A DNA stretch of 63,719 nt, counting the filler, from Octopus bimaculoides (Eukaryota): NCBI RefSeq assembly GCF_001194135.2. It is 5 parts of 5 records of this genome, joined end to end, with 100 filler letters (N's around TTAATTAATTAA, not from the genome) between each part and the next. Parts side by side here need not be neighbours in the genome. Positions count along the whole stretch, not along the records: positions 10,501 to 20,223 come from NC_068990.1; positions 20,324 to 32,838 come from NC_068993.1; 3 more parts are not named here. One strand, given 5' to 3'. How positions within the stretch are numbered: the stretch's first letter is position 1; each line of letters begins with the position of its first letter. Under the pieces are notes generated by a model. That model made no database searches, was not told the origin of the DNA, and was given only the letters and a program-made list of their open reading frames with translations. The translations under genes were made by a program, and so were the position numbers. Shown piece after piece: positions 13,700-27,102 of the stretch.

Positions 13700-14268
13700 C
13701 TGATGTAGTACCAGACACTGGCTATCATAACTTCTGATTTTAACGGATTGGAAGTGCTATCATGTCCATGTTTGTCTTGGTATAAAAGATGGGCTACCGC
13801 AAATATTTTGCTAATTACCACAGATTTGCTTATCACTTGTTTAACCATAGCCAGTTAAGCATGTTCCTTAATGGCTGACAATACGTGCATCTCTGATCAC
13901 GAGCAGAAGTATTGAGGGGGAATCATAGCCATGTGTTGAAAGGAATTCTTTGGGGTTTGAATAATTTCCCTCTGGAAACATGGGTGTTTCGTTTAATATC
14001 CTTAAACAACCCTTATTCACGGACCTTTGAAGCAGGATGGGTTACTCGACCAGAAAAAAAAATTAACTGTGCTGTATATCTTGATATAAGGTAACCATGC
14101 AGCGCACAGAGGTTGTGATGCATGTACCTGGTGTACCCTTATCAGACGGGTAGTCATGATGGGTATACTAAGCTTCGTGTATTTTACCCCAGTGTCATTC
14201 TGATGACATGCACTGCTCTCTAATTTAATAATAATAATAATAATAATAATAACAATAATAATAATAAA
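13700..14268 (+). mobile_element. probable non-coding retroelement 3' segment ending in a (TAA)n tail
   Basis: Complex non-coding sequence lying between AAT-type tracts and ending CTGCTCTCTAATT(TAA)n. The family is not identified. Confidence 0.45.
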
Positions 14269-14274
14269 TACAAT

Positions 14275-14688
14275 CATGAGATAGAGAATAGGAAACCAGA
14301 CGTAGTCTTAATTGAGAACGAAAACAAACTATGCTGGATCAAAGATATAGCATGCCCAGCTGACAGCAAGGTATGCGATTAGGAAGAAGTAAAAGTTGAG
14401 AGATATGACAGGTTAGCTTGGGAGGTTAAGCAGTTGTGGTCGATGAAAAAGGTAGCAGTAGTACCAGTAATTATCGGAGCCCTTTGAACAATGAGCAAAA
14501 TTCTCGAGAAGTACGTGGAACAAATATGAGCTGCAATAAGGGTGGAGTACTTGCAGAAAACAGCACTGCTTGGAACCACACGAATACTCTGGATGGTGCT
14601 CGAAAAATAAGAGGTGTTAATTTAGTTCACTGGTAGTGAACAGCTGACACCGTAGTACATCTCCAGCGTTAGAAGCTGTGCAAAGGCA

Positions 14689-14762
<74 letters not shown>
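14275..14762 (+). mobile_element. R4/Dong-type non-LTR retrotransposon 3' end: restriction-like endonuclease domain, 3' UTR, (TAA)n tail
   Basis: One frame 14275-14610 reads HEIENRKPDVVLIENENKLCWIKDIACPADSKVCD*EEVKVERYDRLAWEVKQLWSMKKVAVVPVIIGAL*TMSKILEKYVEQI*AAIRVEYLQKTALLGTTRILWMVLEK*. It has the PD..D core and the VPVIIGALG and LQKTALLGT motifs, with three premature stops. The long (TAA)n tail is at about 14690-14762. Confidence 0.85.
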
Positions 14763-14937
14763 NNNNNNNNNNNNNNNNNNNNNNNNNNNNNNNNNNAAAA
14801 CAAAAGTCAAACATAAAATAATAATAGTAATAATAATATGAACTTCTAACTTGTCTCGTGAGGTCTCTGGGTGAGACTTGGATCCAACTTGTACAAATGC
14901 AAAGCAAAAGTCAAACATAAAATAATAATAATAATAA

Positions 14938-14982
<45 letters not shown>

Positions 14983-15504
14983 AACATGAGCGAATACCAA
15001 ACAGCATGGACGTGTGACAGCAACTGCTGGGACGATAGATCAAATCTGAAACCATCGCGAAGCAGAAATTAAGAATCCGCAAAAACAATGAAAGAAAAAT
15101 GTGTCTAAATGTAAGCAATCTCAGGAAACTGAAAGATTTTTTTTTATATGGAGTATATATATACAAAAAATAGCTTCCCATAAATGAACCGTTAGAGTAA
15201 CATGTGCGTAAAAATGTAAATGCATTTCTATACGAGAACTGCAAAAATGTGGGCAAAATTTTAAATTCTACATTTTAATTAAATATACGTCCATATTTAT
15301 ACAAGACCTCATTATATATACATTGCTATTTCTTCTGGGTCTCTCGCTGATACATCAATAATAATTATAATTATAGCTACAAACGAAACATCAACACATG
15401 TCCATAGGCGGTGTTTAATTAAAAGAGTAAATGCTGCAAAAACGTACCCATAACATGACAAAAGCCAGCCAAAAGAGAAAGAACGGTGGACAGATAATCA
15501 ACTT

Positions 15505-16250
15505 GCTTTATGTTTGATCCTTCTCAGTTTAGTATCAAGGAAGGCAAAAACAGGGTATTAGTTCAGAAATAGTAGGGGAAACGTTAACCATTTAGTAAGA
15601 ATGAAAATGTAATAGATTCCTTAATACAGACTGTAAGACGCATCAGCAAAGCTATAGGAATAGAATTTGGCATAAATAGGTGTGCAATATTAGTCATAAG
15701 AAGGGGACGAGTAGTCAACAGTGAAGGCATCTAATTATCAGATAGCCAGACATTAAAACCATTGAAAGGAGGGGAGAGTTATAAGTATCTAGGAGTATTA
15801 GAATCTGACAGGGTACTGACTACAGAAATGAAAACGAAAATTGAGGAGTACATCAGAAGGGCGAGGAGGCTAATGAAATCAAAGCTAAACGGTCCGAATC
15901 TAGCAACAGCTGTAAATATTTGGACAGTATCGTTACTTAGATATTCAGCAGCTTTGGTAGATTGGACAAAAGCTGAATTCGTGATGCTAGACAGAAGAAC
16001 TAGGAAGGAATTCAATATGAATTGAGGACTTCACCCAAAGGCAGGAGTAGCAAGATTATACTTACCTAGAAAGGATGGTGGAAGAGGGTTAATATCAGTA
16101 GAATACTGCGTGGAGTTAGATAGAGTAGATACATAGTCCTACGTAGGTAACAGTGAAGTAAGTTTATTAAAAGCTGCTAGATTCACAGCAAGACATAGGG
16201 AGGCCGAAAACCCAAACGAACTAAAAAATCAGAAAAAAGAACAGAAATGA
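15505..16250 (+). mobile_element. R4/Dong-type LINE reverse transcriptase/thumb remnant
   Basis: IGIEFGINRCAILVIRRG..YKYLGVLE..YIRRARRLMKSKLNGPNL..LLRYSA..W....LDRRTRK..*GLHPKAGVARLYLPRKDGGRGLISVE. This includes ORF 15762-16025. Stops are present. Confidence 0.85.
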
Positions 16251-17703
16251 TCTGACTGCTACTACTACTACTCTGGGCAAAATGTTGGGACAGAAATAAT
16301 GTATGCGTAAAGTTTGGTGAAAATCGGTTGAGAATTGTGGAAATGTATGCGTTAGTTGAGCACTCAGAACGCATACCTATTAGTTTGAGTCATCCTACCG
16401 AAAACTCCTCTTTTTCTGTCTCTGTCTGTCTGTCTCTCTTTCTCTCTGCATTTATACATATGTGTGTGTTTGTGTGTGCGTGCGTGTGCGTGTGTGTGTG
16501 TGTGTATTTGAGTGTGTGCACGCGTGTAGGTGTGTGTATACCGATATTTATAGATAGTCAAATAACTACTGAAATTTTGAAAACCATAAAATATATATCG
16601 GAATGCAAGTCCTTCAAATATAGATAGCTCCAATAATTCTTTCTTTGAGATCTGTACAACTTTTGGTTCGTTTGGGCGGGTCTTTTTCTTCACATCCTAG
16701 ATATTGTTTTAACATGAGCCTTTCATAAAATGATGTTGTAAAATGATGACTGTTTGACTGCTGTGGCAGGTACATAAAGCAGATAGGCAGTTGATGAGAT
16801 AGGTAAGGCATGAGTGACGTAAAACAAAATTCAATAAATAACTACCCAACCAAAGTGTCGTATTGCATAGATTTAAAGAACAGCATATGTAGTAAGGGGG
16901 CTTAGACATAGTGGTTGTAAAAACAGAGACAGTGAGTGAGTGAGGAATTCTTAGATATCGTAGTTACAAAACAGAAGAGAATGAGTGAGCGAGGAGGCCT
17001 TATACATCGTAGTTATAAGGTAATGGAGATTGAGTGAGTGAGTGAAACTGAGAGAGAAAGAGGGAGAGAGAGAAAGAGATATGGAGAGTGAGAGAAGGAA
17101 AGAGAGATGGAGAGAGAAAGGGAGAGGGGTGAGAGATGGACAGACTACGAATCACACAAAGAGAATATATCAATTGGTGTGAAAGACTAAGATATGGAGA
17201 ATAATTAGAAGTGAGTGGGATAGAAGATCGCTAACGTTGTCTGCTAGATCCTGTCACGTGACATATATGTGTGCTTTACTGTTAGTTTACTTACGTCTTT
17301 AGCTGATTATGTCTGAATAACCCTGTGTAATGTTGACACCGGAAATGTTGAGCGTCTTGGAGAAATTGGGAAATAGTTCTATGACCTTGCGTACTGCAGG
17401 ATTTAGTGAGAGCAGGCTTAGAATCAAGGAAGCTTTTAGTTCTAAGACATGTCTTCTCACGTCTCTTAATCAACTTCTGAGCAATGCCATTTCATTTACT
17501 TATCCAGTCTTTTATCTGTCTACCTATCTGCCTTTCAGTCTGTTTGTATAAATACATACGTACATATGTACAAACACACACACACATACGCATGCACATA
17601 CAAGTACGAATGTATGTATGTATGTGTATGCATGCATCTGTATATGTATGTGTGGGTGTCTCTTTCTCTCTCTATATATACAGAGAGAGAGAGAGAGAGA
17701 GAG

Positions 17704-17742
<39 letters not shown>

Positions 17743-17863
17743 AATAATGAGAGAGGGAGAGAAAGATTTCACATCTTCGATTATTCTATAAATCTATATA
17801 TCTACGTATCTTTCTAGCAATCACTCAGTCTTTTTTTCTCTATATCTTTCTCTCAATTATTCA

Positions 17864-17894
<31 letters not shown>

Positions 17895-18292
17895 GGCTTG
17901 TTTATTTAAGTCTAACTTTGCTTCTCCCGTTTTGGCTCTTAGCCTGTATGTTTCTACTGTTATGTATATATGCACGATGTGCATGCATGTGTACTTTATA
18001 CGCGTGTATATANNNNNNNNNNNNNNNNNNNNNNNNNNNNNNNNNNNNNNNNNNNNNNNNNNNNNNNNNNNNNNNNNNNNNNNNNNNNNNNNNNNNNNNN
18101 NNNNNNNNNNNNNNNNNNNNNNNNNNNNNNNNNNNNNNNNATATATACACTCGCGCGCGTATATGTATGCAAGTATGTACACGCGCACATATATACCGAT
18201 ATGTACATGTGTACGTATGTTCGTATGCATATATATATAAATGTATATATAAATGTATTATGTATGTATATATCTTTTTATATATGTGCTTG

Positions 18293-18324
<32 letters not shown>

Positions 18325-18623
18325 GATGTGTGTGAGTATGTGTGTGTGTAGGCATGTGTGTGTATGTCCAATAATCACTAAATGCATAGACATAGAAAGC
18401 AGGCATGCCTCAGCATAAACATACATCTGTCTCCGTAAAGAATAAGAGATAAACAAGCCAAAGATGAGGAAATCTCAAACCAAACGGGAGACTAATGTAA
18501 CCATAACATTTACCGTTTCGATTTACTTCTGGCGGACATTTTTGTTATACATACACATATACATACATGCACACATACATACATGCATACATACATACAT
18601 ATATATATATGTATATATATGTA

Positions 18624-18666
<43 letters not shown>

Positions 18667-20171
18667 NNNNNNNNNNATATATATATATATATATAAATAT
18701 ATATACACATGTATATATATATATATATGTATGTAAGTATATGTATATCAAGGAAAGTTTGGATTGGTCGAATAGCTAGGAGTAGGAAGAGGAGTTTAAT
18801 GTGGGAGGAGAATCGAATGTGGAAGGAAGGAAAGAAGATTAAAAGATGTAGGTGGTGGAGATGGGGAAGAAGACAATAAAAAGGATGAGGAAAAATAAAC
18901 AGGAGAGGAGGAGGAGGAGGAAAGTAAGAAAGAGCGGACAGAAAGAAGAGAAGGATAAAATAAATTCTGAAAGATGTACTTATTGATAAGGATAAGGTGG
19001 GGACAAACAAAATGATATGAAAGTGAGTCGATGAACGATATATTGATGCTGCTGCTGCTGCTAATGATGATGGTATGATAGTGATGAGGAGGAGTAGAAA
19101 GAAGGAAATGAAAATAAGAATGAAGAACAAGAAAACGGAAACTAGTACGAAGGGGGAGGAGGAGGTAAATGCATATGAATAAGTAAGTAAGAGGTGAAAA
19201 AAGGTGAATGAGAGATGAAATGATAGACGAGAGAGACTAGAAATAAAATAATAACAACAAATAATGCAAAAGAAAGCGAGAAAGTATTCATTCCCCCCTC
19301 TTTTACCCCACCCGCACCAAAAGAAAAGAATGAAGGATAGAAGGAAAGGTGCAAATAGAATGGAAGTAGAAAGCAAAAATGAATAATAAAAATATAGGAA
19401 AATAAATTATATGAAAACAAGAAACAGGTAATAAAATACAGAATGAAAAAGAAAAGGGAAAACGGAATAAGAGAAATAGCCAACAAATAAAGAAATAACA
19501 TCTTAAAAGAAGTCTGTATGATTGTTAAGCGATCGAATCCAATATGGTCGCTGGATTAGCACTCTAATAATTCTAGAGAAAAAAAAATGGCTTTGCGATC
19601 CAACAGTGTTAAGGTCGAAGAAAGGCAAGAGAAAAGCAACAGAAGAGAACAAAACGAAAACATGCGAAAGCAATAAAAAGCAATTCATGTATGCTTATTT
19701 CATTGAGAAAATATTTACATATCTACTCGCCATGATGTCCGTTTATTTTCCAAACTAATCTTTGCTGCTGTATATTTGAGCAATATGTTCCTATTGTATA
19801 TAACAAACCATTTTTGTAGAAATACGTTTTCTTCTCGTGCCAGCAACACTCCTGCCCTCGCAAACTGGAAAAGAAAGGGAAAACGAATATAAAATACTTG
19901 TGTGTGGGTTGGTGACGAGGTGGCATGTTCAGTATGGTATATTATGTATTCTCTTTTCAAAATCTTCTCTCACACTTTATCCCAACCAAACTCTCCACCA
20001 ACCATCTATTAGTATTTCACGTCTTATTATATATTCCACTAGGATTTCACACCTGATCATTTTCCATTCGCGGATTATATGTTTATGTATGTAAAGTAAA
20101 TATGCGCATATGTATAGAATTGTGCATACGTACATATATACATACGCACATATATATATACATACATCTGC

Positions 20172-20223
<52 letters not shown>

Positions 20224-20323
20224 NNNNNNNNNNNNNNNNNNNNNNNNNNNNNNNNNNNNNNNNNNNNTTAATTAATTAANNNNNNNNNNNNNNNNNNNNN
20301 NNNNNNNNNNNNNNNNNNNNNNN

Positions 20324-20668
20324 GATCGTGGTTTCGATTCCCAAACCGGGCGTTGTGAGTGTTTATTGAGCGAAAACACCTAAAGCTCCACAAGGCTCCG
20401 GCAGGGGATGGTGGCGAACCCTGCTGTACTCTTTCACCATAACTTTCTCTCACTCTTACTTCCTGTTTTCTGTTGTACCTGTAATTCAAAGGGTCGGCAT
20501 TGTCACACTGTGTCACGCTGAATATCCCCGAGAACTATGTTAAGGGTACACGTGTCTGTGGAGTGCTCAGTCACATGCACGTTAATTTCACGAGCAGGCT
20601 GTTCCGTTGATAGGATCAACTGGAACCCTCGACGTCGTAAGCGATGGAGTGCCAACAACAACAACTGG
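20324..20668 (+). mobile_element. long tRNA-derived SINE, same family as 59454-59840; 5' end in the gap
   Basis: Near-identical to 59504-59835. Ends GAGTGCC(AAC)n. Confidence 0.85.
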
Positions 20669-20999
20669 CGACTACATAGGAACTTAAAACAATTAGTGAA
20701 AGCACGGTACATATTACCAGGTCATATAAGGTACAGTACGGTATATACTGTGTACATAGCACAAATGGAATGCGGAGAATAAGAGACGGGCAGTTGGACA
20801 AGTGTGGTTGCAATGGGTAGAAAACATTTCGACAAATGGAAACACACAAAAATAAATAAAAATAAAAGTTAAGTATGCCGATAAAGAAAGGAACAGAAGC
20901 AAAGTGATGTTTCAGATGAACCCTTTATTAAAGTAGAATAAGAGACACGACAGCAAGGAAACAAGGAAAGAAACGATGCCTATTTGAAACATACATTCT

Positions 21000-21225
21000 T
21001 TTATTCTTTAATTCTTTTATTCTTTTACTTGTTTCAGTCATTTGACTGTGACCATGCTGGAGCACCGCCTTTAGTCTAGCAAATCGACCCCAGAACTTAT
21101 TCTTTGTAAGCCTAGTACTTATATTATCAATTTCTTTTGCTGAACCGCTAAGTTGCGGGGACGTAAACACACCAGCATTGGTTCTCAAGCGATGTTGGGG
21201 AGGGGGACCAACACACACACACACA

Positions 21226-21271
<46 letters not shown>

Positions 21272-21810
21272 TATATATAGAAGTGGCTGTGTGGTAAGTA
21301 GCTTGCATACCAACCACATGGTTCTGGGTTCATCCCACTACGTGGCACCTTGGGCAAGTGTCTTCTACTATCACCTCGGGCCGACCAAAGCCTTGTGAGT
21401 GGATTTGGTAGACGGAAACTGAAAGAAGCCAGTCGAATATATAAATATATATATGCATATGTGTGTTTGTATGTGTATATTTCTTCCCCCACCATCGCTT
21501 GACAACCGATGCTGGTGAGTTTACATCCCCGTAACTTAGTGATAAAAGAGTATTAGGTTTACAAAGTACTAGGCTTACAAAGAATAAGTCTTTAGGTTGA
21601 TTTATTCGACTGAAGGCGGTGCTCCAGCATGGCCGCAGTCAAATGACTGAAACAAATAAAAGAATATATATATATATATATATATACGACGGGCTTCTTT
21701 TCAGTTTCCGTCAACCAAATCCACTCACAAGGCTTTGGTCGGCCCGAGGCTATAGTAGAAGACACTTGCCGAAGGTGCCACGCAGTGGGACTGAACCCGG
21801 AACCGTGTGG
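21000..21810 (-). mobile_element. microsatellite-containing tRNA/CORE-like SINE split by a nested copy of the same family
   Basis: The 3' half at about 21000-21210 and the 5' half at about 21686-21810 are both on the minus strand. They are separated by (CA)n/(TA)n and a plus-strand copy. Confidence 0.8.
21282..21666 (+). mobile_element. full-length microsatellite-containing SINE nested in the copy above
   Basis: A-box TGGCTGTGTGG, degenerate B-box GGTTCATCCC, CORE-like CACCTTGGGCAAGTG, internal (TA)/(TG) tract, tail GACTGAAACAAATAAAAGAA. Confidence 0.85.
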
Positions 21811-22544
21811 TGTCTTCTAGAATGAAGTAATGAGCGAGAGAGAATAAGAAAGACAGCTAGAGAAAAAAAATGTACAGCAGATATAGATGGAGAGAAGGAG
21901 ACAACAGGAACACAAACCGAAGCTGATGCCGAAGGAAAGAAGAAGGGGAGGTTTTTGGTGTTCTTTTTAACCGGAAACCACTCCTTTTGACTAATCATTT
22001 TAGTATTTTTACATTCGGAAGAACTTTAAAAGTAATATTTAATTTTCGAACAATATAAAATGACAAACTGTCAATTTCCATCTTAAGAGAAGAATTCGTT
22101 AGGTTTTACTATCCTCTCTCTCTATCTCTGTCTCTATCACTCTCTCCCTCTCTCTCTTTCAGTCTCTCTGTCTCTGTCCTTTTCTTTGTGTCTCACAAGT
22201 GCGCATGCGTTCTTTAGTTGCTTCTCACTTCTCTATCTTTCCTACATTTTCGCTACCTACTTTGTTCTGGTGCTTCATGTAATGGAAATAATAAATATGC
22301 ACTACAGACTTTATTATATGCCAGTCCGTGCGTTCCTGCCCTATAAAATACAGGGTGGTCTAAAAGTAATAACATATATATTACTCTGAAAAACCAACTT
22401 ACCATAAGCAATATGTACGTATTTCTGTGTGATTGTGTGTATGTGTATTGTTGTGTGTGTGTCTTTGTGCGTGTGTCTTTGTGGGTTGGTGTGTGGGTGT
22501 GTGTGCCTTTGTGTGTATATGTGTCTGTGTGTGTGTGTGTGTGT

Positions 22545-22745
22545 TTATGTTTGTCCCCACCACTGATTAACAACCGATGTTCGTTTCTTTACGCCAACGT
22601 AACTTAGCGGTTCGGTAATACAAGAACGACAGAACAAGTGCCAGGCTTCCAATGTAGTACTGGAATCGATTTGTTTCTCTGAAATCATTCAAGGCGGTGC
22701 CCCAGTATGGTCGCCATTCAATGACTGAAAGAAGTAAAAGATAGA
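22545..22745 (+). mobile_element. 3' half of the microsatellite-containing SINE
   Basis: TTGTCCCCACC..CAACCGATG..AACTTAGCGGTTCGG..CAAGGCGGTGCCCCAGTATGG..GACTGAAAGAAGTAAAAGA. Confidence 0.75.
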
Positions 22746-23599
22746 AGGTTAATACATACAAACATACATACATACATAGAAACATACAAACATACATACA
22801 TACATACATACATACATACATACATACATACATACATGCATACATACATACATACATATACACTGCCTAAATGCCAATCTGGAGAAATTAGGCGTCTCAA
22901 ACCCAGAAAGAAGAAAGCTAATTCGAAGACTAAGCTAACTCAAACCAATTCCATCACTGGAACTGTAAAAATCTGTAAAACTTTCCAGAAGTTTATCATT
23001 TAAATATATATGAGCATGTCTAGATATGCAACTATATGCATGAGAATACATACATACATACATACATACATGCATACATACATACATACATATATACATG
23101 CATGCATGCATGTATACATAAATACATACATTGATAAGATTTAGCAAATGCAGTAACCGAGACACACTTCCAGCTTCGTAGCTATTGTTATGACTGGTGC
23201 AACAGGATACGTACCAACATGCCTGGAGCAAATCATGGTTGAACATAATTTCAAGAGGAGAGAATGCAACGCTCTAATTCTGAAACAATATAAATCTGCA
23301 AGACCTTCTTAAAACTTAAAGGATTTAGAGAACGAGACCTAGAAGCAGCTAGGTCTCGTTCTCTAACATTTTACATAGTTCAATTTACATAAGTTGATGT
23401 GCGGAAAACAAAATAGGAATGGTGAAAGAAGTTTCTATAAAACTAGTTTTTAAGCATCGAATGGCCATGGGGGTCCACCAGAAATGAATAGTAATCTCTG
23501 GGGTCTATAGAATGGTTGAGAACCCCAGGACTAAAGCCTTCAAGGTGGTCGCAGTCCAACGATTGAAACAGGGATAAAAGAATGAGTGTGTGTGTGTGT

Positions 23600-23733
<134 letters not shown>

Positions 23734-24454
23734 GGAAGTCGGTGTTGCTATGGTTAATTTTATATTGGAAACGAGTTCTTCACACTTTACTTACAGGCAC
23801 CAGCCAGTTTTCTGACAATAAACAGAAAATAAACAGAAAACTTCGCAACATGGTTGGAATACTTTTAACTATTCTGTAAATAACTATTTCTACAAACAGC
23901 AGCTTTATAATTCCTTACCAATATTTTCTTTTCTTTTCTTTTCTTTTCTTTCCCCAGTAGACAATTCGTTCCTTTTTACCTTCGCTAAGCATTTATAACA
24001 ACCAGAATTATATTTGAATTTGTATCTCTTTACTGATCTGTAGTTGTAATCTTTAGAGAACAAATCCGCGTCGTTTTATTTGCTTAGATACTGTATAATA
24101 AACAAAATATACAGTATAATAAACATAATAAACTACGAATTTTTTTTTTCTATATACTATTCAAACGACCTGATACGTAATGAGCTTAATCTAGATAGGA
24201 TAAACTCTTATTTTTTCCAATTCTAAGCAAAATAAAGAAATCTTAAGAAATATCTTTCATGTTTATGTGTGACATAAACAAAATATTTTCTATCGCATCT
24301 TATTAATAATACTGCTTCAAAATGTTAGACATAGAATCATTTTAATATGACTTGGGTTCAAATTTATTTAACATAATCTCAGAAATCTCTGCAACGTTTG
24401 CTTCGAAAAGTTTTTGTTTCTTTACTGCATCATTTTTTTTATATATATTGTGTC

Positions 24455-24693
24455 TTTTATCTTTTATTTGTTTCAGCCATTAGATTGTGGCCGTGCTGGG
24501 GCACCACCTTAAAGGGTATAGTCGAACAAATTGACCCCAATACTTATTTTCTTAAGTCTGGCACTTATTCGATTGTTCTTTGATGTCGCACTGCTAGTTT
24601 ACAAAGACATAAACAAACCAACTCCGATTGTCAAGTAGTGTAGAGTGGGGACAGACACAAACACGTATACACACACAGACGTGTGTATGTATA

Positions 24694-24740
<47 letters not shown>

Positions 24741-25105
24741 NNNNNNNNNNNNNNNNNNNNNNNNNNNNNNNNNNNNNNNNNNNNNNNNNNNNNNNNNNNN
24801 NNNNNNNNNNNNNNNNNNNNNNNNNNNNNNNNNNNNNNNNNNNNNNNNNNNNNNNNNNNNNNNNNNNNNNNNNNNNNNNNNNNNNNNNNNNNNNNNNNNN
24901 NNNNNNNNNNNNNNNNNNNNNNNNNNNNNNNNNNNNNNNNNNNNNNNNNNNNNNNNNNNNNNNNNNNNNNNNNNNNNNNNNNNNNNNNNNNNNNNNNNNN
25001 NNNNNNNNNNNNNNNNNNNNNNNNNNNNNNNNNNNNNNNNNNNNNNNNNNNNNNNNNNNNNNNNNNNNNNNNNNNNNNNNNNNNNNNNNNNNNNNNNNNN
25101 NNNNN

Positions 25106-25136
<31 letters not shown>

Positions 25137-25298
25137 CGACGGGCTTCCACACATCGTCTATAAAATTCACTCACAATGCATTAGATGGCCTGGGTCTACA
25201 ATAGAAGACACTTTCCCCACCCGACGTGCAGTGTGACTGTAACAGAAACCATGTGGTTTCAAAACGAGTTTCTTAACCACACAGCCAAACTTGTGCCT
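24455..25298 (-). mobile_element. microsatellite-containing SINE with the internal (TA)n collapsed into a gap
   Basis: Both halves are recognisable on either side of the (TA)n-N-(TA)n tract. Confidence 0.75.
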
Positions 25299-26826
25299 AC
25301 TGCGTCATAACTATTTACCAACAACATTTTTCGATCGATAGGTCATTTATGGAAAACCATGAACCCAGTGAAACTTTCTTAAAATATTTTAATCATGATG
25401 GCTGCGAGTGCCCATGACTCTTTGAATGGCCTCCAAAGACTAGTTAGGCATGGAAATAGTAAGGGAGTTATTCTCAAACAGGTGACTTTCCCTGAATGTT
25501 TGCAACAAAGTGGACTCTGTTAAAAGCACCCCAAAGGTACTAGGTGGTCGCGTTAAACCGAGCGACGGATTAAGTCTACCATCTAAGAAGGCCATGCCGG
25601 GATTTGAACTCGGATCGTAAACAAAGTCAAAATGCATGCGGCAAGGCATGCAGCCCGGCTTTCTTAGAGTTCAGTCACTCCATCCTCCTGGATAGGTACT
25701 CTCTTTTTGTTCTTGTATTATTTTTAACGATCCCGAAAGGATAACAGGCGAAGTTTGACATCAGTGGAATTTGTACTCAGACAGTAGGAAATCAGAGATC
25801 ATATCGCAAGATATTCTGTCTGACACTCTGACCACTCTTGCAATTCGCCGTCTTAACGTATGTTTCAATTATCAAGTCATGACACCGAGTCAAATAAATG
25901 ATTATCAATATTTTATAAAACGACAAATTTTGAATAATATCTCAGCTCTTCTGTCATACATATTAGTTAAGACTAATGAAGTTATAATCACAGTAAAACT
26001 ACAGAACAAAGACATTATAACATGCCTTACCGCTTGTCGTTCATTTAACACTGAGATAATAGAAAGGAGAGTGACGCCACGAAAGTGTGAATACATAGAA
26101 GGTGGTGTTCCCAAATGGTCTCAGCCGTATTATCTAATGCAAACTAGAGAACCACAAAAAAACTACAGAACACGTTTTAAATGTAAATCAATTACATTCT
26201 CTTCTGATAAAATCGTACGTTTTATTGAGGTTATTTTAATTTTGCTTCTTATTCGTTTTGCTTTTAAATTTGTTTGGTTAATAATATTCCAAAATCTAAG
26301 AAAAATAAAAAAGAAATGGAGATAACATGAATTTGCAATGAAATTCTATCTTTACTCCCAGTACTGAGTGATTTTGTACATATTGAAAGGAAATTGTCCT
26401 GGGGATAACAAAATCATAAACCATTCTCATAAAATTATTATTAAACAACTTCTAAATGCATTATATTTTACATAATGACTATTTTATTATTTCACAAACT
26501 GGAATTTAAGTATCAATATGAAATTGCTTAATGCAAAATATATGATACAATATTATAATTATGCTACAGTAATAGAAACTGATGTTTCGATTATTAGTTT
26601 TTTTAATTTTTTTTGGTACATTATTAACATGAAATATACGAAAGGTGAGCGTTGAAAAATCGATGAGGCGTTGGACAGAGCACTTTTGTGTATTTGGTTA
26701 CGTCACACTATTTTCTGAGTTCTAAAGCGATAGTTTTTTTGTTTTTTTTTTTTCATTCTTCCGATCTTGAGAAAATAAATATCAGTGGAGCAGTGCATTT
26801 ACAATCTGAAAGTAGCAACACTAACG

Positions 26827-27101
26827 CAGTGGTTCCCAACCATTTTTTATTTATTTATAGAACTAGTTTTATAGATATTTTGTTTGCCATACATTCACTT
26901 GTGTAGGTTGAACTATATAAAACATTAGAGAAAGAAAGCAAGTTGTTTCTTGCATTAAATACGTTTAAAGCAAATTTTTCATGAACCCTTAAATTAATAC
27001 TGTGGACCCAATTAATTATTTTCCTTATGTGGGTCCCCTTCCACTCCAAAAATGTTATATGGACCCTCAGGGGTCATATGAACCCCGGTTGAGAACCATT
27101 G
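26827..27101. mobile_element. hAT-type MITE related to 146-302
   Basis: TIRs CAGTGGTTCCCAACC and GGTTGAGAACCATTG, with internal GGACCC motifs. No TSD is recognisable. Confidence 0.65.
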
Positions 27102-27102
27102 A

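Noticed and set aside
18510-19501. 288-aa and 119-aa Phe/Leu-rich minus-strand ORFs
   Set aside because: They are a by-product of a purine-rich low-complexity plus strand.
19715-19960. Acceptor-like TTTTCCAG followed by short minus-strand frames
   Set aside because: No recognisable protein and no strong donor. It is indistinguishable from chance without RNA data.
25771-26325. 184-aa gap-free plus-strand ORF
   Set aside because: It starts at a TTG, has no recognisable domain and has an AT-driven I/K/F/L composition. It is probably spurious, though a protein search would settle it.
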